IMG/VR virus record: IMGVR_UViG_3300044642_000074
Location: 1 to 64,000 of that record
Reading direction: 5' to 3' (one strand)
Length of the DNA: 64,000 bases
Source of the DNA: a virus
Both the position numbers and the translations under genes were made by a program. Positions 9,121 to 18,247 of the stretch are shown in pieces. Numbering within the stretch: position 1 is the stretch's first letter; every line of letters begins with the position of its first letter. Below the pieces are notes generated by a model, which was not told the DNA's origin, searched no databases, and was given only the letters and a program-made list of their open reading frames with translations.

Positions 9121-10137
9121 ATGAGTACAGTTACCATTGTGGAGAAGTACCCACAAAACAAAAGAAGCAGTATTGCAATCCGTCCCTTTTTTGATCCTAT
9201 GGTGGACAATATGGGATTACAGAAGTACGGCTTAAGCCTTTTTGACGGAGCGTTTCACGAGGAACAGCTTGCCTGTCTAGAGATCAACGGTATCAAAAGA
9301 TACCTTACTGGCTTAAATGAGTTTGCTCCGGAAGTAAAAGAACTTCCGTTAGAAGAACAAGAAGCCAAGATCAAACAGATTCGTCAGATTGTAGCTCAGC
9401 TAGAAAAAGAACTTGCAGCCAACGTGGTTGACCCCGCTGATGAGCAGTTCTGGAACAAGATCAAACTCTTGAAACCTGACAATGCTGACTTCTGGGATAA
9501 AGTAAAGATTCGTTGTGGTAACGAACCTGTATTCTTGGAGCCTGAAAAAGATCCTTATGATCTGATCAGACTTTACGCAATCGAGGCTGGTGGGTTTTCC
9601 ATCGTGTCTAAATCTTTAGAAGAAGCCCGTCGTCAACCGGTTCCTCCTAAGTTTTACCTCGATAAATTGGAAGAAACTGCTTCCGTACAAACAGAGGTTA
9701 AGAAGTTGCGTAACAAAGCTCTTTCTGAACTTCAGAAATTGTTTGACAAGAATCAGAACAAGCTATTGTATATAGCAAAGGTGCTTGACCCTAACAGTGC
9801 TCAGTACAAAAAGTCTACTCCAAATGATATTATCTATGATAACATGGATAAGTACATTAACGGAGACCTTGTAGAAAAAGATAAACGTAAGACTGCCCAG
9901 AGATTTCTGGATACCGCTAATCTGGATATGGAAACATTAAAGATCCGGACTATTGTAAAGGACAGTTCTTATTACAAGTTCATAGCTACTAAAGCTGACG
10001 GGTTTATCTATCATATGCAGACTGGTACTATGATGGGAAGAACACCGACCGATGTGGTGGAATACCTGAAGAATCCTTTGAACGAGGAGATTCTGGTGGA
10101 TCTTACCAAAAAAGTAGAGAAATACTGGAACGCTTAA
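9121..10137 (+). CDS. conserved capsid-module protein (crAss gene-75-like)
   Basis: Directly after the MCP; ATG at 9121 follows the AAAAACCAAAC leader (the track's GTG start at 9028 lies in the structured RNA). Confidence 0.75.
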   Translation: MSTVTIVEKYPQNKRSSIAIRPFFDPMVDNMGLQKYGLSLFDGAFHEEQLACLEINGIKRYLTGLNEFAPEVKELPLEEQEAKIKQIRQIVAQLEKELAANVVDPADEQFWNKIKLLKPDNADFWDKVKIRCGNEPVFLEPEKDPYDLIRLYAIEAGGFSIVSKSLEEARRQPVPPKFYLDKLEETASVQTEVKKLRNKALSELQKLFDKNQNKLLYIAKVLDPNSAQYKKSTPNDIIYDNMDKYINGDLVEKDKRKTAQRFLDTANLDMETLKIRTIVKDSSYYKFIATKADGFIYHMQTGTMMGRTPTDVVEYLKNPLNEEILVDLTKKVEKYWNA

Positions 10138-10143
10138 TAGAAT

Positions 10144-10845
10144 ATGAACAACAACCTTCTACAGATAAAGATCAAACAGCGGCTGAATAAGCTGGCTTCC
10201 CTGGACTATGACAACATAGAATGTTGGCAGATCCAGGAAGCATTTAACAAAGCTCAGCTGGAGTGGGTACGTCGTATGATGTACGGTCTAAACACGCGTA
10301 GAGAAGGTACCGAACAGTCAACCGGTTTGGTGGATGATTTGCAGGTCATATTGAAATCTCAGGATCTGACACCAGTAGACAAACAAACGTTCTTTGAAGC
10401 CACGCTTCCTGCAGACTATCTATACTATGTAAGGACAGATGTTTACGCTAACAGTAAATGCTGCCCTGATAAACGTAAGATGGTTGTATATGAGGTAGAA
10501 GAAGCCAATATGGGTGTTCTTCTAACTTCTGACACTAAAGGTCCTAGCTTTGAATGGGGTGAGACCTTGAGTACACTGGTAGGAGATAAACTTCGTGTAT
10601 ACACCAATGGTGAGTTTAATATCACAGACGTTGGACTTGTATACTACAGGACTCCACGCCAGGTACAGTTTCAGGGTTGTGTAAATCCCATTACAGGTCA
10701 GGCTTTTACAGCCAACCAGGAATGTGAGTTCAAAGACGATGTTGCTGAAATCTTAGTAGATCAGGCAGCAGCTATTCTTGCCGGTGACATAGAAAGCATG
10801 AACCAGTATCAAAGACAGTCACAAGAAGTACAAAAGAATAGCTAA
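10144..10845 (+). CDS. putative head-tail connector / ring protein (crAss gene-74-like)
   Basis: 233 aa; FNKAQLEW, LPADYLYY, YYRTP, EILVDQAA motifs typical of crAss neck ring proteins; synteny. Confidence 0.65.
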   Translation: MNNNLLQIKIKQRLNKLASLDYDNIECWQIQEAFNKAQLEWVRRMMYGLNTRREGTEQSTGLVDDLQVILKSQDLTPVDKQTFFEATLPADYLYYVRTDVYANSKCCPDKRKMVVYEVEEANMGVLLTSDTKGPSFEWGETLSTLVGDKLRVYTNGEFNITDVGLVYYRTPRQVQFQGCVNPITGQAFTANQECEFKDDVAEILVDQAAAILAGDIESMNQYQRQSQEVQKNS

Positions 10846-11258
10846 TGATAAAGACCATACCCAGACCGAGCCCTATGGGTCCTTGTACTGAAACAGCAGC
10901 TATGGTGGCCAATGCTCAGGCTTTGGTTGTATCAATACACCAGTTGCACCTGAAGATTACAGGACCAGGATCACACGCAGCCCATGAAGCTTTGGGTGAT
11001 TTTTATGAAGGTATGCCAGGTCTTGTTGATAAAGTAGCCGAGCAATACCAGGGAGCTCGTGAAAAACTCCTGGAATATCCTACAGTAGCTGCAGTAAAAT
11101 GCAGTTCTGTACAAGAAGCCCTGACTCACATGAAGGAGCTGTACAACGAAATAGTAGAACTGCAACGTATTATGCCGTTCTCAGAAGTAGTGAATCAGCT
11201 AGATGAGATAAAGAGTCTGATAGCTTCTACCAAGTATAAACTAATGTTTTTAAGCTAA
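10845..11258 (+). CDS. ferritin/Dps-like four-helix protein
   Basis: HQLHLKITGPGSHAAHEALGDFYE...DKVAEQYQG resembles the Dps-like H-x-x-H...H-x-x-L-x-x-x-Y...D-x-x-x-E pattern; TAATG overlap. Confidence 0.65.
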   Translation: MIKTIPRPSPMGPCTETAAMVANAQALVVSIHQLHLKITGPGSHAAHEALGDFYEGMPGLVDKVAEQYQGAREKLLEYPTVAAVKCSSVQEALTHMKELYNEIVELQRIMPFSEVVNQLDEIKSLIASTKYKLMFLS

Positions 11259-11291
11259 TTTTTTATTTATTAACCCCTAAATCTAAACACC

Positions 11292-12638
11292 ATGTATTTT
11301 CCTCATGCGTTTCGTAAGAGTTTTTTGCCTGCGAGCACAACTCTTGCTAGCTCTGGATCTACTGCAGATTTGACTGGTGGCCAGATTGGATTCTTTGATG
11401 CAAAGACTTTCCAAACTGTAACCGCTCAGGCTGCTCCGTTTATCCTAGCTGAAGGTAGTCGTTTCGCTTCTGACAAGATTGGCCCCGTTCACGGTGGTTA
11501 CAAAGAGTCTAAGAAGTCTAAGGCTATCAACCCTAAGTATGTAAGCCGCGTTATCAAAGTTTCTGGTAAGGCTGCTGTAAACCAAATCATCAAAGTAGAA
11601 GCTAATGCTTGTGCAGGTCTTGCTTGTGACAGCACTGTACGTCTTCGTCTTGATGTTAAAGGTTCTCCTGCTCTCCGTTTCTTAAACCATCAGTTGTATC
11701 AAACTTTGGATGCTTACACAGGTTGCTGTGATGCAAACAATGCTGCTATTGATCACACTGTGGCTCTTTTGAAGTGGGCAGATCAGATTAACTCTGAGCC
11801 TTTATTAAAAGATTTTGTAGACGCTAAAGTATGGGTTGAAGCTCACGGTAGTGTAGCTATTGATCCTACTGCTGCATCTGCAACTATTGTTGTAGCTAAT
11901 GCTGACCGTACTAAGTTCACAGTTGGTGACAAAGTGGTTGCTGCTGGTATCCCTGCTAATACACTTGTTGTATCTGTAGGTGCTGCTGATTCAGCTTCTA
12001 CTGGTAACGCTAACGTAGTTCTTAGCCGTGCTGCTACTTCTTCTACAAACGTTAACGCAGCTATTTTTGATCCTGCTGCATCTGCAACATATGTTCCTGC
12101 TACTTCTAGCTTAGGCAATGTAAATAGCCACATGGACATTATTGCTGCTTATGTAGACACAACTTTCGGTAACTGTACTTTTACTCCTACTGATTTTTAT
12201 GGCTTAGAGCCTTTGTTTATCTACGCTTCTGTAGTTGACGAGTCTGGTGATCCTTGCAAAGTAGAGTGCATCTCAGTTTCTGAGTCTCAAGTTCCTACAC
12301 AAGTATCTGGTCTTGGTGAGACTGTACTTCGTGAATTGATCTTAGATGGTCGTTACCTTCAGAATGCATACCCTGACAGTTCTCGTGTAGACAGCTTACG
12401 TATGCGTGAGATCGAAGCAGATCCTGCTTTGGCTACCGTAAACCGTAACGGTTTGTACGATCAGGTGTTGATCTTGCACAATGTGCCTCGTTTCAACAAC
12501 CCAACTAGTACATTTGATAACGATCAGTATTTGTTAGTACTTCATGTTCCTGCTGGAACTGCTACTGCTAGCATTACTAACTTCGTAATCAACAGCTGTA
12601 CTGCTGCCGGTAATGCAGTTGCTTTGGAGAGCTTCTAA
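11292..12638 (+). CDS. conserved virion structural protein (auxiliary capsid protein-like; crAss gene-73-like)
   Basis: 448 aa, high-expression codon bias, same leader as the MCP, C-terminal HNVPRFNNPTSTFDNDQY. Confidence 0.65.
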   Translation: MYFPHAFRKSFLPASTTLASSGSTADLTGGQIGFFDAKTFQTVTAQAAPFILAEGSRFASDKIGPVHGGYKESKKSKAINPKYVSRVIKVSGKAAVNQIIKVEANACAGLACDSTVRLRLDVKGSPALRFLNHQLYQTLDAYTGCCDANNAAIDHTVALLKWADQINSEPLLKDFVDAKVWVEAHGSVAIDPTAASATIVVANADRTKFTVGDKVVAAGIPANTLVVSVGAADSASTGNANVVLSRAATSSTNVNAAIFDPAASATYVPATSSLGNVNSHMDIIAAYVDTTFGNCTFTPTDFYGLEPLFIYASVVDESGDPCKVECISVSESQVPTQVSGLGETVLRELILDGRYLQNAYPDSSRVDSLRMREIEADPALATVNRNGLYDQVLILHNVPRFNNPTSTFDNDQYLLVLHVPAGTATASITNFVINSCTAAGNAVALESF

Positions 12639-12663
12639 GCAATCTAGATACCTTATACAAAAC

Positions 12664-12700
12664 GGGAGGCGGACTTAGTGTCCCCTCCCTTTTGTTTTTT
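12664..12700 (+). terminator. rho-independent terminator
   Basis: GGGAGG(C)GGAC-TTAGT-GTCCCCTCCC followed by TTTTGTTTTTT. Confidence 0.8.
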
Positions 12701-12720
12701 GGAGAACTCCCAAAAAATCA

Positions 12721-12740
12721 GTATATTATTATTGAGAACC
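12721..12740 (+). promoter_or_regulatory. putative phage late promoter motif
   Basis: GTATATTATTATTGAGAACC directly after the terminator. Confidence 0.5.
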
Positions 12741-12780
12741 TCTGTTCTTTTACTCCTATAAATTCTTAAAGTTTACCCAG

Positions 12781-13347
12781 ATGGCAAGCAAACACCAGCT
12801 AAGTTTAGAGCTGCCTGATACTAACAATATCAAGGTTTTACGCATATTCGACACCAGTATCTACGCTAATGGTGTTGGTAAAGACTGTGGTGTTTTAAGC
12901 ATCACTTCTCCAGGTTTTAACCTGCCTGTAAACATTGAGATCCTGCCTGGGTTTAATTCTACACTTACAGCCTGTACACTTGGTCTACAAAAGACCGGTT
13001 GTTCTGAAGCTGTACAAGCTTTACCTGATGGTATTTATACAATTAGGTATTCTGTATCTCCTAATACTTCTGTGTTTGTTGAGTACAATCACCTCCGTGT
13101 GACCCAGACCAACAACCGTTATCATAATCTTTTGTGTGAACTAGAAATGGCAGCCTGTGAGCCTGATGCTGATGTAAAAGAGCAGCTTAAGGAACTAAGA
13201 CTTATCAAGAGCTTTATTGAAGCTGCCAAAGCTAAAGTGGAATACTGCCATGATCCGGAAGCCGGTATGGAGCTTTTGCTTTATGCCAAGAAGAGGCTGG
13301 ATAAGATAACGAACAATCTTTGTTCGGACTCCTGCTCAACTTGCTAA
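12781..13347 (+). CDS. structural protein (tail hub/collar-like)
   Basis: 188 aa; LPDGIYTIRYSV beta-rich motif followed by a helical Cys-containing C-terminus. Confidence 0.55.
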   Translation: MASKHQLSLELPDTNNIKVLRIFDTSIYANGVGKDCGVLSITSPGFNLPVNIEILPGFNSTLTACTLGLQKTGCSEAVQALPDGIYTIRYSVSPNTSVFVEYNHLRVTQTNNRYHNLLCELEMAACEPDADVKEQLKELRLIKSFIEAAKAKVEYCHDPEAGMELLLYAKKRLDKITNNLCSDSCSTC

Positions 13348-13370
13348 ATAAACATAAAAACCAAAAACCC

Positions 13371-13535
13371 ATGAGAACATGCCCTAACTGCGGGTCACAA
13401 ATTACCTGCGGATGCCAAGACAGAACAGCATCAGATGGAAAGAAAGTATGCAGTACCTGTGTTGCTTTATATGAGCAGCAGATAAAAACCCAGAATCAGA
13501 CACCAAATGAGAACTTATCTACCCAACAAGGTTAA
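13371..13535 (+). CDS. small Cys-rich (zinc-binding-like) protein
   Basis: MRTCPNCGSQITCGCQ...VCSTCV; ATG at 13371 after the AAAAACCAAAAACCC leader. Confidence 0.7.
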   Translation: MRTCPNCGSQITCGCQDRTASDGKKVCSTCVALYEQQIKTQNQTPNENLSTQQG

Positions 13536-14106
13536 ATACTACAAGCAGTTTGCTGACGTAATACATCGCAAGTATAAGCAGATGCGTTACGGTATTGGTT
13601 CCTGCAAACCTGAGCAGGATCAGGACCTTATCAGTATGCGTAAGGAGTTGGTAGAATGGGAGTCTAATGAAGATGACGGAGCTCTTTCAGAAACTAAGAT
13701 TCAGTATAAGACCTGGTTGGGTGTGAAATACGATGATGTCCTGTACTCTAAAGGTGGTACGGGCTTTATTGTTTCTGACGAGGGTAAGGCTCCAGCTATG
13801 GGACTTAACTACATGGGTGGTGCTGCTCAGGGTGGCCAAAACATTATAGAAATTAACTCTGGTGGTTGTATTACCAGGATTAATCTTAACCCTGCTATTA
13901 CTATAAACCAAAACAGCTCATTTGTTCATACCCAGACTACGCCTGCTACAATGTGGGATATAAATCATGGTATGAATCTGATACCTAATGTAACTACTGA
14001 AGATGCTCAAGGTAATGATATAGTGGGTATACTAGATGTGGTAGATAATAACAGAATCAAGATTTATTTTAACACCCCTGTAGCGGGTAAAGCATATTTA
14101 TCATAA
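13507..14106 (+). CDS. tail-associated structural protein with C-terminal HNL-type beta domain
   Basis: C-terminus WDINHGMNLIPNVT...GKAYLS is paralogous to those of the next two genes. Confidence 0.65.
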   Translation: MRTYLPNKVKYYKQFADVIHRKYKQMRYGIGSCKPEQDQDLISMRKELVEWESNEDDGALSETKIQYKTWLGVKYDDVLYSKGGTGFIVSDEGKAPAMGLNYMGGAAQGGQNIIEINSGGCITRINLNPAITINQNSSFVHTQTTPATMWDINHGMNLIPNVTTEDAQGNDIVGILDVVDNNRIKIYFNTPVAGKAYLS

Positions 14107-14657
14107 TGTCAGAAGAAATACCATCTATACCGACATCAGTTAAGTATTACTATGATTTAGATCTTGGTACAAATCAGCTTTTAAATGCTCGTTTGCATCC
14201 AGTGACAACTGCAGAAAGAATTGCTCTTGCTTCTAGTTATAACTCTGCAGATGAAGGTGTAGTAGTATACGATAGTACATTGGATACCTTTTTTGCGTGG
14301 AACGGTAACACTTGGCTTCAGATAGGTATTACACAAAGTGATCTTCATAAAATAGGAGAGGCTTACGACCGTTCAGTAATGAGCGTGGATGTAACAAGTA
14401 CAAACACAGATAGAACTATAACATTAAACTATAGGGACGCAACCTTTACAGCAGATGTATACAAGTATGCTCATATTCACAATCAGCCAAGTGCTTCTGC
14501 ACAGTGGACCATCACTCACAATCTGGGTAAATTCCCTTCGGTTAGTGTGGTTGACTCAGCTAACAATGAAGTAATTGGTGAAGTAGAGTATGTAACAGAT
14601 ACACAGCTTGTTATAAAGTTTTCAGCTCCTTTTAGTGGAAAAGCATTTTTTAATTAA
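14106..14657 (+). CDS. tail-fibre adaptor-like protein
   Basis: N-terminal LDLGTNQLLN; C-terminal WTITHNLGKFPSVSVVD...GKAFFN. Confidence 0.65.
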   Translation: MSEEIPSIPTSVKYYYDLDLGTNQLLNARLHPVTTAERIALASSYNSADEGVVVYDSTLDTFFAWNGNTWLQIGITQSDLHKIGEAYDRSVMSVDVTSTNTDRTITLNYRDATFTADVYKYAHIHNQPSASAQWTITHNLGKFPSVSVVDSANNEVIGEVEYVTDTQLVIKFSAPFSGKAFFN

Positions 14658-14679
14658 TTAATATATAATCTAGATCCCC

Positions 14680-15882
14680 ATGGCAAAAAAGTTTTTAACT
14701 AACCTAGACCTCGCCAAAAATCAGATACTGAACGTAGCGTTACAGAATCTGGCTTCGGCTCCGGCATCACCTGTAGCCGGTCAAATTTACTTCAACACTA
14801 CAGACGTTCGTATTTATTTTTGGGACGGTACTGCGTGGGTAGATGTATCAGGTGATCTTCGTAGTGTAATTGGTGGTAGCGGTCTTACTGCTACCTATAC
14901 TCCTGACGGTGATGAGGTAACTCTTGACGTCAATGTAGATAATGCTACTATTGAAATTAATGCTGATACTCTTCGTGTAAAAGACTTAGGTATCATTACA
15001 GCTAAACTTGCTGACTCTGCAGTTACTACTATAAAGATTAATACCAATGCTGTAACTCTTGGTAAAATTCAGCAGATTGCTGCATTAAGAGTACTAGGTA
15101 ACCTTTCTGGAGGTACAGCTGATGTTGCAGAAGTAACAGTTATTACAGACATGGCAAGTTCTAGTTCTACTACACTTGCTACATCTAGTGCTATCAAGAC
15201 TTACATTGATGCAAACATCGGTGCTCTTGGTAACTTGGAAGGAGGTTGGAGTGCTGCTTCTGGAACTTTTCCTGTTGGATCTTCTCCAGTTGCAGGTACT
15301 AAAGCTGGTGACTACTGGTATGTAACTACTGCTGGTACAACTGGTGGTGTAGCTTTTAATCTTGGTGATGTAATCATTGCTAAAATAAACAATGCTTCTA
15401 CTACTCTTGCTTCAGACTGGGTTCAGTTAGAAGTTAACCGTGACCAGGCTACAGAAACTATATTAGGTCTTGTAGAGATTGCTACTCAAACCGAAACAAA
15501 TGATGGGTTGAGTGATACTGCAGCAGTAACTCCACTTAAATTAGCTGGACGTTCAGCAACAGAAACTCGTACAGGTATTGCAGAGCTTGCTACTCAAGCT
15601 GAGACAAATACCGGTACAGATGATGCACGTATCGTTACACCTCTTAAGTTAAAAACAAACCTTGCTACTTATAAGCATTCAGGAAACGTAGTAGTAACTA
15701 CAGCAGGTAACTATACTGTGACACATAACCTTGGTACAACTGATTTAATGGTAAGAGTTGCAGATTCAGCAGGTGAGACTGTGTTTTGTGATGTAACAAC
15801 TACTTCTGCAAACGTAGTAACTCTTGCTTTTTCTGGATCTCCAATTTCAGGTACATATCGTGTTATTGTAAGCTCACTGTAA
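14680..15882 (+). CDS. tail fibre protein
   Basis: Fibre repeats GLVEIATQTET...AVTPLKL / GIAELATQAET...IVTPLKL; C-terminal THNLG domain. Confidence 0.75.
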   Translation: MAKKFLTNLDLAKNQILNVALQNLASAPASPVAGQIYFNTTDVRIYFWDGTAWVDVSGDLRSVIGGSGLTATYTPDGDEVTLDVNVDNATIEINADTLRVKDLGIITAKLADSAVTTIKINTNAVTLGKIQQIAALRVLGNLSGGTADVAEVTVITDMASSSSTTLATSSAIKTYIDANIGALGNLEGGWSAASGTFPVGSSPVAGTKAGDYWYVTTAGTTGGVAFNLGDVIIAKINNASTTLASDWVQLEVNRDQATETILGLVEIATQTETNDGLSDTAAVTPLKLAGRSATETRTGIAELATQAETNTGTDDARIVTPLKLKTNLATYKHSGNVVVTTAGNYTVTHNLGTTDLMVRVADSAGETVFCDVTTTSANVVTLAFSGSPISGTYRVIVSSL

Positions 15883-15894
15883 TAAACTAACTAA

Positions 15895-16308
15895 ATGAAG
15901 TTTCTATCAGACATACTGGCAAGAGCCGGTCTGGTAGTAGAAGGAGCAGTTACGCTTAACAGTGTACCCAACGCTACTACAGATACAGACAAATTTCTTG
16001 TTGTTGATTCTGGTGCAGTTAAATACCGCACTGGAGCTCAGCTATTATCTGATATTGGAGGAGCTGCTCTTGCAACAGTATTTGTAACAGATTATGATTA
16101 TAATATTACAGGTACTAAAAATGGAACCAATAAAGTATTTACCCTTAGTGGAAACTTTACAAGTGGTACTACAAGAGTTTTTGTTAACGGTATTCGTTAC
16201 ACACGCGGGGCAAGCTATGACTATGTAGAGACAGGAAACAATCAGATAACTTTTACAAATGCTCCAGATGCTGGGGATCTTATAACAGTAGATTACATTA
16301 AACCCTAA
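15895..16308 (+). CDS. short tail-fibre segment/adaptor
   Basis: C-terminal GTKNGTNKVFTL...VFVNG...DY...AP..GD domain shared with the next gene. Confidence 0.65.
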   Translation: MKFLSDILARAGLVVEGAVTLNSVPNATTDTDKFLVVDSGAVKYRTGAQLLSDIGGAALATVFVTDYDYNITGTKNGTNKVFTLSGNFTSGTTRVFVNGIRYTRGASYDYVETGNNQITFTNAPDAGDLITVDYIKP

Positions 16309-16328
16309 AATAATTAAAACATAAAACT

Positions 16329-18230
16329 ATGCCAGTTACTCAAGTTCGTACGAAACAGCAGTTGTTAGTCACAGATAACGTTGACTTTCAAAACTTTCGT
16401 ATTCTAAATCTGGCAGATCCGACAAATGCACAGGATGCTGCCACCAAAGCTTATGTTGACGCTGTAAAACAGGCTTTAGATATTAAAGATTCTGTACGTG
16501 TAGCCACTACAGCTAACATTACTTTGTCTGCTACTCAGACAATTGATGGTGTAACTGTAGCAGCAGGTGACAGAGTCCTTGTAAAAGATCAAACAACCGG
16601 TTCTCAGAACGGTATCTACGTAGTAGCTGCTGGAGCATGGGCACGTTCAATTGATGCAAACATTTCTGCTGAAGTAACACCAGGGTTGTTTGTCTTTGTA
16701 GAAGAAGGTACTGCTAACGGTGACAATGGTTATGTTCTTACTACAAACGGACCTATAACACTAGATACTACAGCTCTTACCTTTACTCAGTTTTCTGGTG
16801 CAGGTCAAATTACAGCAGGTACTGGTTTAACAAAGACCGGTAACACGATTGATGTAATTGGTACAGCTGGTCGTATTGTGGCTAACGCTGACAGTATTGA
16901 CCTTGCCACTGTATCAGTAGGCTCAACAGTTGCAGCTGGACTGCGTAAGTTTGATGTAGATTCTTATGGTAGAATTTCTCAAGCAGCAGCTGCTAATGCA
17001 ACTGATATCAACACTGCTTACGGTTCTCAAACTGCAAACTTTGTTCTTGCAGCTCCTGATGCCGCAGCAGGTAACCCATCGTTTAGAGCTTTAGTAGCAA
17101 ACGATATTCCTAACCACAGTACAGATAAACTTACTAGTGGAACTTTACCAATTGCTCGTGGTGGTACTGGAGTAACTGGAGTTCCAACAAACGGTCAGTT
17201 GCTCATTGGTAATGGTACAGGATATACTGTAGCCGCATTAACTGCTGGTACTGCAATTAGTGTTACAAACGCATCTGGTAGTATTACAATTGCCAACACT
17301 GGTGTTACCGCATTGACTGGTACTGCTAACCAAGTGACTGTATCTGCATCTACTGGATCGGTTACATTATCTCTTCCTCAAAATATTCATACTAGTGCTA
17401 CACCAACCTTTGCTGGTTTAACTATAACAGCAGGTACTGTTACTACAAGTACTCCTTATAGATCATCTACCCAGACTTGGAACGCAGGTGCGGTAAGTTT
17501 TGTAGGTGAATTGGTTAACATTACTGACACAGCTTCTGCTGCGGGTTCAAGATTTATAGAATATCAAACAGGAGGTGTAGCTAGATTTGCTGTAAGAAAA
17601 GATGGTGCGATTGTTACCGGTTCATGGGCAGCTACAACTATTGCTGCTAACGTGGGGGGTACTGGTCAGACATCTTATGCAGTTGGTGATATTCTATTTG
17701 CTGATACTACTTCAACTCTTGCAAAACTTGCAGCTGTAGCAACAGGTAACGTATTGATTTCTGGTGGAGTAAGTACAGCTCCAAGTTATGGTAAAGTTGG
17801 TCTTACTACACATATCAGTGGTACACTTGCCGTAGGTAACGGTGGTACTGGCGTAACTACTACACCTACTAATGGTCAACTTTTGATCGGTAACGGTACT
17901 AACTATACGGTAGCTAATCTTACAGCTGGTACTGGTGTAACTATAACAAACGGATCTGGTTCTATTTCAATTGCTGTAGCTACAGCTTCAATTCTTGCTA
18001 AATCTGATTTTATAGTAAGAGAAATTCCAACAGGTACAGTGAATGGATCAAATGCAACATTTACTCTTGCTAGTACTCCAGTAGCTGGATCTGAATCAGT
18101 ATATGTAAACGGTATTTTACAGAATGTAGGAACCGGTAATGACTATACTATATCAGGTGCTACAGTAACTTTCTTAACAGGAGCTATTCCTCAGACAGGA
18201 GATATTGTACGCGTTTCTTATATAAGATAA
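16329..18230 (+). CDS. tail fibre protein
   Basis: DAATKAYVD, VRVATTANITLS..QTIDGV, GGTG repeats; Gly/Thr/Ala-rich. Confidence 0.8.
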   Translation: MPVTQVRTKQQLLVTDNVDFQNFRILNLADPTNAQDAATKAYVDAVKQALDIKDSVRVATTANITLSATQTIDGVTVAAGDRVLVKDQTTGSQNGIYVVAAGAWARSIDANISAEVTPGLFVFVEEGTANGDNGYVLTTNGPITLDTTALTFTQFSGAGQITAGTGLTKTGNTIDVIGTAGRIVANADSIDLATVSVGSTVAAGLRKFDVDSYGRISQAAAANATDINTAYGSQTANFVLAAPDAAAGNPSFRALVANDIPNHSTDKLTSGTLPIARGGTGVTGVPTNGQLLIGNGTGYTVAALTAGTAISVTNASGSITIANTGVTALTGTANQVTVSASTGSVTLSLPQNIHTSATPTFAGLTITAGTVTTSTPYRSSTQTWNAGAVSFVGELVNITDTASAAGSRFIEYQTGGVARFAVRKDGAIVTGSWAATTIAANVGGTGQTSYAVGDILFADTTSTLAKLAAVATGNVLISGGVSTAPSYGKVGLTTHISGTLAVGNGGTGVTTTPTNGQLLIGNGTNYTVANLTAGTGVTITNGSGSISIAVATASILAKSDFIVREIPTGTVNGSNATFTLASTPVAGSESVYVNGILQNVGTGNDYTISGATVTFLTGAIPQTGDIVRVSYIR

Positions 18231-18247
18231 TTTTAAATAACTGATCT

